Assembly (NCBI GenBank): GCA_020536535.1
Contig: JAHLWZ010000872.1
Location: 1-64,000 of the forward strand
Length of the DNA: 64,000 bases
From: Pelomyxa schiedti
Lineage: Eukaryota > Protista > Evosea
Direction of reading: 5' to 3'
The notes beneath the pieces are model-generated. The model searched no databases. It was not told the origin of the DNA and saw nothing but the letters and a program-made list of their open reading frames with translations. The position numbers and the translations under genes are program-made. Below, one piece after another: positions 22,620 through 33,558 of this stretch (positions are counted from its first letter, which is position 1; every line of letters begins with the position of its first letter).

Positions 22620-25265
22620 ATGTCGGACGAACCGCGCGTCATGTTTGTACCTGAGCCTGTGCCGGTGCCGGCAGCAACACTGCGTGCTTTTGGCATTCCC
22701 GAAAACGCGACACCAATAGAGATCTACGAGTTCCTCTATCCCCACGCGTACGTTTTATTGGCAACGATCCACACCAACAAACCACGCACTCCTTCCCTCG
22801 GTTTTTGTTTTTTTGTTGTGGCACTTCTCGAAAATCTCCTATCTTCCTTACGACGAGTAGAAGTGCAACCCACATGCCACTCTACAATTTTTGTTTAATG
22901 TGAAGTAGAAATCAATACAAATCTTTTCTCTTGTGTGATTTGTTTACACACAATTAGAGCGACTGTGGTTACTGTTGGGCAGCGAGAACGAGTCATCTAT
23001 GTCACTTTCTGCACACAGGAAGAGGCCGATGATGCTAAAAATTCCACGCTGAGGCGCGAACTTGTTTTCAAAGGCGCCGCAATTTGGCTCGTCACGCCCG
23101 CCTCCGAATTCGTCTGGAGCAAGAAAAAAATCGACGTCATGCCACACCCGTGGTACTTCGTCATGCAGCAAAATGTTTACAGGGTGTTCATGGTGCCATA
23201 TTACGCGAAGGCTGAGCACGTCGCCGAGCACTGGCGCTACTATAAATTCCCAGTGTATGCGTTGACTGTTCCTTCCTATCTATTCTACGAATAACTGACA
23301 TTCTGCCTTTGTTCTTTTTTTCTCTCTACAGTGTTGACTGTAAAAGATTTTGTGGGCACTGGTATGTCAAGTTCTTGTCCAATACTGAGGAACCGCCTGG
23401 TTCCACCAAGTGGTATGCCAACAACAAAACTGTCTACACGGCTCCGGCATGCCCCTTGTATTCATTTCTGACACTATCCTTCTATTCACCTCATCCTTTG
23501 AGTGATGGTAATTCTTCATTCTCATTTTATCATTACTAACTTGCTTCAACCTGTAATCACAGAACCCCTTGCATGTGATTCGCCAATTGACACCCCAGAT
23601 TCCCCATACCCTCCCCAACAACCAGAACTACCTGTCACATGTGAAGATACAGAGGGCAAACGTGGAGCTCCCCAATTGTTTAATCTTTACAGCTTATGTT
23701 TCTCTTTTAGTTGCAGGGAAAAAACGGTAAAGGGAAGAAGCTTCAATAAATGTACAAGAGGTAACACAAGGTTTGTTTTACACCCACTTCTCTATGGTTT
23801 TCGAGCGTAATTGGCATAAATAGCTCCTTTCAGAGGACCTGATCAATTGGGGTCACCTATGACTTACACAGAACAACAAGGTGCAACAGATTCTTGTCTT
23901 TTCTCTGCTGTAACATTTCTCTTTAAGTTCCACAAACCGCGAGACCAGCACGAGTTTCTGCCAGCGGACCAGATACCCAACACTCTTCAAGTAAGCCCAC
24001 TTCTCAATGATGATTTTCTGACTAGTTTGTGATAAGTTGCTCCACCTGACCCGATTTACTTCCCATGTGTGCCTCCCAACACTTTCCTCTTTTGAGCAGT
24101 AACACAAATCCCTGCAGTTAAAAGTAATCTCATGGGAAACTGGGAGCTCTTATTTTCTCCTCTCAGAGATAGCACTCACATCGCTTATCTCTACACCAGC
24201 CACAAGAAATTTATCACAGAGGCCACCGATCTCCTCAAGAAGCGATCCTTGCTGAACGAAGTTGCAGTAACAAGGAACGTTTCATCGATAAACATTGTTG
24301 GGGATTTGCATGGAAGCTGGGACTGCCTAAAAAAGTATGTTTCCATCTAGATGGATTGCCTCTCTCTGCCCTTTTTTCCAATTTCTTAAGAGCCATTGCT
24401 ATCGGAGGAGAACCATCTGATTCCAATTTATGGATTTTCAATGGTACTGTTACAATACGGACTATTTTTTTTGTTACACCTGTGTACAGGCGACTATGTT
24501 GACAGAGGTGCCTTTGGGGTTGATATCTTGGCTGCCTTGTGCCTTCTTGTGACCGCATACCCACGAAGTGTGTACCTGAACCGCGGCAATCATGAGTGCC
24601 CCAGGATCAGTTCTCATGGCCAAAACAATCATTATCAGTGCCTGGAAGAGGTGTATGGCAGTAATGGCATGAGGTTGTGGGAGGCATGTGCTGAACTGTA
24701 CAAGCACCTCCCCCTGGCCACTCTGGTCAATTTTCCCGAGGACCCAGAAATGAAGGGTTGGTTTGTGTGTCACGGTGGAATAGGCAGTTATGTGACATTG
24801 GAATCCATCAGGCAGTCAGAGCGATGTGATTGCACAAGTGTGCCACTTACTTTCTTGTGGTGCCAACTCACTCACAAGTCTCCAGATGCAACCCCTCTGT
24901 TGAAGGACTTGCTGTGGACTGACCCTTCTGAAGTGAATGGCATGCAGCCCTCATTAACACGCCGCGGTTTGGAAACCTGGGGTCCTGATGTAACTGAAGC
25001 CTTCATTGCTGCAAATAACTTGAGATGGATAATACGAAGTCACGACCACAGCAGGGGAGGCTGGGCCACGACGCACAATGGCAATGTTGTTACTGTATTC
25101 TCCACTGCGGAACAGGTTGCCAACCCTGTGTTCTTCAGGATGGAATTGCCCTCGCAAAAGTATGGGCCTGTGCCTCTGGAGGGTGTACAACCAACAGTAA
25201 ACAAGCTTGCAAGTTTCTACACATCAAAACAAAACACAACCACTGCAGCCCCTCCACAATCCTAA
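22620..25265 (+). CDS. PPP-family Ser/Thr phosphatase (PP5/PPEF-like catalytic domain) with a long N-terminal region containing an RRM-like segment; may be two genes
   Basis: IVGDLHG, GEPSDSNLWIFN|GDYVDRG, LNRGNHE, CHGG, LLWTDP, WGPDVT, IIRSH, VTVFS. The catalytic exons at about 24180-25265 are secure; linkage to the upstream exons is inferred. Confidence 0.8.
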
Positions 25266-25575
25266 GAATACCCAAAGAATACCCACGGCAACCAGCCAGT
25301 ACCCACCCAACAACCCTGTTGTGCAATAACAAATAAGTCCTTTTTACTGTGTTGCCTGGGAGGCAAACCAGCATTCTCCTAAGTCGCCTTGTTGTTTTTC
25401 TTTGTTATTTCAAAATGAAAGATACAAAACTTGGTATCTTTCAGGCACTATGTGTCGGGGTACATCCACAAATAGACGACAACCAAGCCGTTTGCATACG
25501 GTGATAGCCTATCAGTGGTGTGAGTCGTTTGCATGACCAAAAAGGAGCGGACCTTATTGAAGGTGATGCTGAGCA

Positions 25576-26030
25576 TTATGACCTGCCCGGGGGTGCCTTC
25601 ACACCGGCCGATAGTGCGAGCTTCTTGAACTCACCCAGTGACAAAACTCCATCGTGGTTTGTATCACACTGTTCAAACAGCAGCCTGGACTTGTCATCGG
25701 TCATATTTATCCTGCATTCTTTCCCAACATCCTACGGCAGTTCGTAGTTAAGAAATGAGTAATAAGGTGTGACACATAAAGCAACGAACGATGCCCCAAC
25801 ACACACACACAGGCACACAACAACAAAACTGTTGTTACAACTACACACACACATACAGCGAGGAAGTGCTTGGCCTCGTTCCACTCGAGTGTGCCGTTGT
25901 GATTTACATCGTACTTTGTGAACAGCACCTGGACTCTCTCGAAGAAGAACCCCACGCCCATGCAGTTGATCGCCGCCACGTCATTGTGCAACTCCCTCCG
26001 TGCCTCACTGTATGCTGCAACGTTCCCCAT
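25576..26030 (-). CDS. Small two-EF-hand calcium-binding protein with predicted N-myristoylation (MGN...), 2 exons
   Basis: EF loops DVNHNGTLEWNE and DTNHDGVLSLGE; ATG 26030, stop TAA 25576-25578. Confidence 0.85.
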
Positions 26031-26170
26031 TGTGTGTGTTGATGTGTATTGAATGGGTTGGGTTCTTTTTGTTCTTATTGGATGGATGGATGGTGTAACA
26101 CTGTTGCTTTTGATTGTGTTTATGCGATTTTTCTCAGGGGTTGGTTTCTGGTAAGTTGTGGGTGGGGGTG

Positions 26171-29100
26171 TCAATTGAGTTGTTTGTTGCCGAGAGGTTG
26201 GGGTGCTGTTGTTGTTGCTGTAGTTGTGGGGGGTTGTTGCGATGGAGTTGTGGGTTGTTGGGGAGTGTGATCGGCGTCGTCTTGGAATGGTGTTGCGGTG
26301 CTGTAAAAGGTTATCAGGCTGTTGAGGAATGTGATGAACTTGTGGAGTGTTGGTGGGAGTTCCGGCATTTCCGGGGTTATCAGAGACAGCGTCTGGTTGA
26401 CGTGGTCAACCGTCAATTGAAGGTATTGCAGCCTGCGTTTGTTACTGGTAAGAAAACGGGAAAGACGCGGTCGCGGGGCATACCACACAGAAAATGGCTC
26501 GGTGGTCAGGAGCTCCTGCAATTTTTCTGGGTTATTTGCGTTTGCTTTCAGCGACTCCGAAATATGCTTGGAACCGATGCGGAGTAATTGCTCGACGAGA
26601 ACCAATTCCTAAAAAGATAATCACCATAAAAAAGCTAAGAAGTGTGTGACCATGGCTGGTAAAATAGCTGCCCACTGAGAGATTGTGCAATGAGTTTGCA
26701 AGAATATATAAACCGCTGCCACAGCTTGTTCACAGGTCACCTGCTTCGTTAATACATGAAAAACATCTTCACAGAGTGTTGCCCTTTCCGGAAACTGGAA
26801 GCTGTGAGAATGCGGTAGATTAAAATTTATACTACCTCCTGGGTGAGGCTGCAAAACAAGTGCAAGTTGCGAATGTACACAGTGGCCAGTGCAAATTGGT
26901 ATTGTGGCTGGAGCACTTTGAGACTTCTCTTGAAAAGACGAGCTCCTTTCCCAATGCATACCATGTCAAAGAGTGTGTCTTTACCACTGAAAATGGCAAT
27001 TAGTAAAAAATTGGACTCCGGGATAGTGCTACTTGGAATTAGACGCTAAAACTCCAAAGAGAGTCGCTCCAATTTCAGCGTTTTTCCTTTCTAGTTTGGC
27101 ATGCTTTGTGGTTTCATCCCTACGCGCATTAGAGCCCTGTCTGTCAGCATACTGGTACACACAAGTCATCATGGTCGTATGGAAGAAGCTTCAGACGTGC
27201 AATGTCTTCGAGGTCTAGCAAGTGATTGTAGGCGTTTTCAATTTGTAAAAGCAGTGAATGCTTGGAAGAGGAAGCCATTGAACCCTGGAATATTTGGAGT
27301 TGGAAAATGTTCTAATGGCATTTTAACGTAAACACCATTCTCTCGACAATCTCATCTTAGGAAAGTCAGTCAGTTTTAAAGGAAATCAGCCATACAATTC
27401 TTATAAAGTTGCAGCATCAACCTTGGGGCTTTGGAGATTGGTTCCAATTTTCCGAGAGTACCTTTAGATAATTAGCATCTGGGGAAAAAGGGAGGTAATA
27501 CCTGAAGGAATTCGCACGGGAGGAGAGGGAATACAGTCAAAAAGTGGCCTGTGGCTATAATACGAGACAACACTATCGGGAGTTTCATTTTTTGTTTCTG
27601 TATTGCTGTGACAAGAAATAGAGACTACTGGGGCATACCAATTTCTCGACATATTCTGTAGTACTCCTCAAGGAAGGGATAAAAAGGAAGAACTGTTGTA
27701 CAAAGTTGAACGCTGAGATTTGATAATATTCCTGATAACTCCTCCGCAGACATGAACTTGTGAGTAATGCGATAATAAACCATGTCCCCAATTGAGTGAG
27801 GTGATGGTGGAGGGGGGACTGACATTCTCCAATTTGGTTGGACCATAACCTGGCGTTGATGCAAAGGTGTTCCCCGGCCAGGTGGTGTTCCTCTGCGAAG
27901 ATATTACGAGAGAATAAATAACCAAAAACTCAACCTTTCAAAGCGCACAGGGACAGATTTACCTGGGGATTGAGCGGACTGCTGTGCAGAAGTCTTTTGT
28001 TGCTCACGAGAATGGCTCATTTCTGGATTCTTCAAGATAGTTTTTACTGCCACATGCTCCTTGTCGGGGCTCCCAAGTAAGGTACGAGCAGGAGAGGCAG
28101 AAGTGTTGTAATCTGCCTCAACTTTTCCTTCAAGGGTTTCCACTTGTTCGTGTTGTTGATGCTGCAATTGGTCAGATAATGAACCTGCATTTTCTGAGAG
28201 GGCTGTGGGGACATGGTTTGACTGAGCTTCTGGATCCTGAGTTTGTTCTAGATCTTGCAGTGTTTGTACAAAAAATTTTTGTGGGCCTGTAAGTAGGGAA
28301 TTGAGATGCTGCTGCTGTAACTGCTGAAGAAGCATTTGCATCTGTATACTCGAATGCAGGGGCGGTTGTGGCTGCACAGGTGGTGTTGCCTTAGTAAAAT
28401 CGGATTCCAAGTCTTCAACAGACACCATGGCAATAGGAAATGATGTTTGTTGAAGAGACTCAGGAGTAGAACGTGCCTGTAACACCTCGTGAGCATTCCT
28501 GATTGAGAGTCAGAAGACTACAACAACATATGTTGCACATACAAAGTGTCTCTAGGAATTGGTCTCTTCATATCTAACCATCAAATTAAAAAAAAAGGGA
28601 TAACTTGATAAAATTTTACCAGGAGGCGATCCCCAGGTTCTGGCTTCTCCCCACAGTGATGAATTCCAAGGAATTTGAGGTCTTTCTTGTGGAGGTGCAG
28701 TGGCCATGTTAGGAAACATGGTTAAAGGCTTCTGCCATTTTGCATCATTTTGTGCTTGCAGGGTTGTTTGGGAGTGTGTATCTGTTGTTGAAAAACTGTT
28801 ACTAACAGAAGATTCATGGAACAGTACCATATTGGGGTACTCCAAAGAGAACTCTGTCTCCTTCCACCAGTTTACTTGCTGTGTAGTCAGGTTTCCAGTC
28901 GTTACCTTGAGCTCTTAGAAAAGCAGGGAATTATGTCTTACTCTCAATTTACCAATAACAATTTCTGATCCAAATGTTTCAGAATTCACCTGATCATCAT
29001 CTGCATTAGGTTGTTCGTTCAAGTCATCACAAGCTTCTTCAGCGAATCCAGAATCACTTTCGGCAGCAAACTCACTTGTGCTTGGCAAGAAATTGAATTG

Positions 29101-29590
29101 GCCGTTGGTTTGATAAGGATAAGCAATATCACCTGTACGGTACAGGTAAGTTGCAATCTCGCAGGGTGCCAACTACACACACACATACACAGACACTACA
29201 ATACACACACACACACACACACACCAGTTGCTATGCGCTGGACCATGTCGGACTCCTCACCGTAGTACTCCTCCTCCTGGTCCCCCTCGTCGCCCACAAT
29301 AGTAACCTGCTCCTCCGTGTCGTCGCTATCCCCGCCACCATCCTCCTCGCCCCCGCCCCCTCCCCCTCCCCCGCCCCCGCCGTAATTGAGCCGATACTGC
29401 CACCCCCCCCCGCCTAGCACTGCTGCCCCCGCCCCCTCCCCTCCGTCCCCGCCTCCTTCCCCCGCCTCTGCCTCGCCCTGTGTCAAGTCGTACTGGTCCG
29501 TAGTCCCGTCGGAGCCACTAGATGATGTCGATGTGGTTGTTGACGGCGGCTGTTGCGGCGGTGCATGTGCCTGCGTGAGAGTGAGTGTGC
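26171..29590 (-). CDS. Large multi-exon hypothetical protein (acidic/Gly-rich N-terminus, Q-rich middle, globular C-terminal part)
   Basis: Chain of GT-AG-bounded open exons (ORFs 29196..29753, 27904..28485, 26171..26605); no domain identified; start uncertain. Confidence 0.45.
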
Positions 29591-29980
29591 GTCGGGTTCG
29601 GTGTAATATATTACTTAGAACTATTCCATTAAACGACAACGACAATGGCGTTACAAAGACGCACCCCTGATGACATTCCCTTTCTTTTGTTGAATGGATT
29701 GGGATCTTTCCTGGTGAATGAGATTCTCTCTGTAGAGAACTCTCTTCCTGCAAATGCGGAGGGGATCAGAGGAGGAGGCTGGGAGCAGGATGCGTGAGCT
29801 CTCTGATCAAATATCGGTTCGGAATTGGAACGTCGGTTTATTTGTACAAATTGATTTGGGGTGGTAGACGGGCATAGAACGATGTCATCTAAAAGTGCGT
29901 TGTGCATGCTCCTCCACGAACAATTAATAAATATGAACTAAGAGGGGAGAGATCTTTGTGCGTGACACTGACGGCGATCT

Positions 29981-31549
29981 ATGTCAATAAAAGAGGGAGG
30001 ATGGAAGGCAGCCGCTCCACGCAAAGAGAAGTACGCACACATTTTTGTTAAAGTTCATTTTCCGTCGCCGACGTGGTGCTCTTTCTGCGGCGCTTTCATC
30101 TGGGGTATTCATTTTGTCTCGTTTGTTAGGTTTGTAAATTTTTTCGTGCAGGTCTTGGCAAACAGGGATTTTGTTGTACACGTATGTTGGTACCATTCTT
30201 GCTGAAATTCTTATATCTCTAGAATGTAGATATCCGGCACACAAGTATTGCATGCCAAAAGTACCGAATAATTGCGAACCTTCTAAAAAGCCTCCAAAGT
30301 TTTCAGAGTATTCCAGAACAGAGTACGCTATCAACCTTGTTTGCGCATTCACTAAATATTCTTGAAGGAAGGAATTATCTCCAGAAGAGATCGAAAGGCA
30401 AGAAAAAGTACGTAAATTTCTTGCAGCAAAGGTGTGTGCAGGAGGTACTGTTGTAGATGAATCCCAACTCCTTGCTGACTCGAGAAGGCTTGCTTATTAA
30501 TCTATCTTTCCCCCATAACATTCTTTCAGGGAAGAAGAAGCGAGACTCCATCAAAGTCAAATAAAGAGGTCAAATGAACTCCGGAGGAGTATGGCTCAGA
30601 AGCCGACCAAGAGAATGGGTGAGTTGTGGCTGGAACAACAAAGGCAACAACAGGAGGTATTGCTCAAATCCGGAGCACGTACTCACAGGTTTCCAGGCAC
30701 AGAGTAGAGCCACGGCAGTAACCAAAGCAGCTCCACCTCCCACGCATCAACAACGAAATAAGCTGCAAGACAGTTGGAAGACCAACGTTGAATCTTCAGC
30801 TGTAAGTCTGGTTACCCTAAAGCTCTCTCACAAATGGGCAGCCAAAAGATACCAAGCCAAAAAGAGATGATGTTGTTGTGGCGAAATTATCCGAGGAAGA
30901 AAGGGCAGCCAAACGCCAACAGGTAAAGACACCCAGTCGAATTCCCTAACTTGAAAGCAGGTTGCAGCCATGGTTATGAAGGGAGGAATGGGTCCAAGAC
31001 CAAGGCCAACACCCACAACCACAGAAAGCCAAGAGCCCACGGGCGATAACCCGGAACCTGATGCCACTGATGAGCCCCCGGCCTCAACCACATCACCAAC
31101 AACTACACCCTCGCCACCACCCTCGCGGTCTTCCTCTTCACCGCCGCCGCCAATTCCTCCACGCTCCACATCCAGCACCACTCTCACCACCCCTGCGACA
31201 GAGGAGTCCGCACAAAGTACAAGCTCCTCAGCCATTGCTACGACGACTTCAACATCAAGCACAAGCACAAGCACAAGCACAAGCACAAGCACAACCGCAA
31301 CCACGTCAACAGCCTCCTCTTCCCTTTCCACAGAAATTACTGTATCGGAAAGTGATGCTATTGCAGAAGCAGAAGAGCTTGCTTTTGACCAATCTTTGAC
31401 GCACGAGACCGACATAGGAATTAAAATTTCCACAAAGCCAAGGCTAGAACATGTATGTGTACCACTTGTTTTAATGCACCGATTTCACCTTCCCATAGTT
31501 TACCCGAACCGCCGGACCAAGAGGACGACGGCCTCCCCAAAGGCACTGA
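29981..31549 (+). CDS. C1 (DAG/phorbol-type zinc finger) domain protein with Pro/Thr-rich tail and C-terminal CPI-like motif
   Basis: Spliced HIFVKVHFPSPTWCSFCGAFIWG|LGKQGFCCT|ECRYPAHKYCMPKVPNNC fits the C1 H-x12-C-x2-C...C-x2-C-x4-H-x2-C-x7-C pattern; last exon after a 46-nt intron (31453-31498). Confidence 0.8.
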
Positions 31550-31693
31550 CACCCACCACAAACTCAACAAAGTAACTGTGATTTACAATGTACGTGAAGA
31601 ACAGTTGTCAAAAAGCAAAAGAATGTATCAAGAGAACAAAACAGTCTTTTTTTTTTTAATTTATGAGTAGAGGAGATAAGTCAGCCTTCCCTA

Positions 31694-33321
31694 TCAGGAG
31701 CCAAGAGAGTACTTGATTTGGTCTGTGCTGATTGGGGGTGCAATGAGAACAGCGGAAGGAAGCCTCTGCGTCACAACGTCAACTACCTCGGGCCACTGCA
31801 TGGGAGCCCTCTTCTTGATGCCCTTGGCTAGGTCCTCGGCCTCTTTCTTCTTCTTTGCTTCCTCCTTCTGCTTCCTGGCTTCCTCCCTCTTGGCTTTCGC
31901 GGCTTCATGCTTCCTCTTCTTCTCCTCTCGCTTCACTTTATTGGCCTCTTTCTTGATTGCTTTGCTGCCTTCAGACATGTTGCCGTCACTGTCGGAATCA
32001 GAACTGTCGTCGGAATCGGAGTCGGGTTCCGGCTCAGACTCGGATTCTTGAGCGTCTGGTACAAAGTCCACATGTAGAACCCAATGGCATTCAGGGTGCT
32101 CCACGAGTTGGTCTTTTTTACCCTTCTGCAGCTTGACGGTCGTTTTCAGTCCGCCTTCACCTCCAAGAACGAACTTCTCCGATTCTTTAGAGTGGTCGTC
32201 GTCTTCTTCTTCTTCAACTTCAGCATCTTCGCCAGCCTCTTTTTCACCCTTCCATTTAAAGCCAAAAGCAGTGCTTACTTGCTTTGCTAGAACCTTAAAA
32301 TCGGTTTCTTTCGGTTCGCGGATTCCAAAGAGAATTTCATCTTCTTGAAGGTATTCTGTTGAGAAAAAGAAAATAATGAAATTAGGATGGCTAGGGAAAA
32401 AAAATTGGTGTTACCTAAGTGGGTCAGGAAGGACTGGAAGTCAGGAGCCAATCTGTGTACCTGGGGAGGATAAATAGAAATTCTATTTGAAAGACCGAAT
32501 TACCTCAAAGTCCCCAGCAGTATCAACGTCAGGCTTGACCTCCTCATACTCAATTTGAGAAAGAGCCACAGCCGCCGGGTTGTGTGGATCGGCGCGATAA
32601 TCTGCAGTAATTCAGAAAGTAAGTCACCCAGGGGCCAAACACACCTAAAGCGAGCCATTCATGGCCATCGCCGCATAGAAGCAAGAAGTCCTTTGTGATT
32701 CCCCACTCCTCATATGCATCCTTGCTCAAGTTAGAGTAGGAGAAGGGAGTTAGGGCGTACCTTATTATCAAGCAACGAGTTAGACGAGGCTTCCTCCTCC
32801 GACTCATCATCATCATCGCTATCCTCATCACTAGACCTCTTTGACTTCTTCTTTTTTGTGCTTTTGTCAACGCCAACTCCAAGGATTTCACCCACAGAAG
32901 CATAAGCCTCCTCGCCAGGAGGAATAGGAGCAGCAGCACTGGAAGAAGTAGTAGTACTAGACGCCGCCGCTGTTGTAGTAGTTGTATTTGACTCAATAAA
33001 AGCAGAAAGAGGAAGGATCTTTTCAGCGCGCTCGCCGGGAACTCTTATATACTTCTTTCGCAGCGAGCAGCCGTTGTGAACCCTAAGGAGCGCGAGATAC
33101 GGCTCGGGAAGAACCAAGCCAAGCTCCTTGTGCACGAGCTCGGCCCTCTTGCGCAACTCGTCGCCGTCGATCGGCGCTCGGTTTTCGTCTTTGTCAGGGG
33201 AGAAGATCTCGCGCGGGGGGGAGAAAACAGGGACGGCCACAGCGGCAGGAGTACTGGTTGAGTGCGCGGATGCAGATGCGGTCGTTTTGTCCTTGACCAC
33301 TTTACGCTTCTTTGTCGACAT
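31694..33321 (-). CDS. SMI1/KNR4 (SUKH) domain protein with acidic and Lys/Glu low-complexity inserts, multi-exon
   Basis: LPEPYLALLRVHNG ... VGEILGVG ... EEWGITKDFLLLCGDGHEWLAL|DYR ... VHRLAPDFQSFLTHL follows the SUKH motif order. Confidence 0.8.
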
Positions 33322-33558
33322 TCCGGTGACACGGCTCCTCGGCAACAACCAACAAAGTTTGATGATGTCTTTTTGTTTTTGAAAATCAACCGGAGATACA
33401 AGATTTCTGAAACCCACTCTCAAGAACAACATTGTTTGAAGAAAGGCCATGCAGGCAAGTGATGCCTTAATCCCACATCACGAGTTGTACTTAACTTCAA
33501 GCGGAGTTGAGCTTCGTTCGAAGAACTTCGCAGAAGCGGGTTCCACACAACAAAACCA

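Noticed and set aside
28820-28900. GDRVLFG as an FHA-domain signature in the large hypothetical gene
   Set aside because: The other FHA motifs (GR, SxxH, NGT) could not be found in upstream exons.
29135-29155. ACTTACCTG (U1 snRNA 5' end) on the minus strand
   Set aside because: No U1 stem-loops or Sm site follow, and it lies within an exon/intron region.
31257-31294. (GCACAA)n hexamer run
   Set aside because: Ordinary coding microsatellite (STSTST) in a low-complexity linker.
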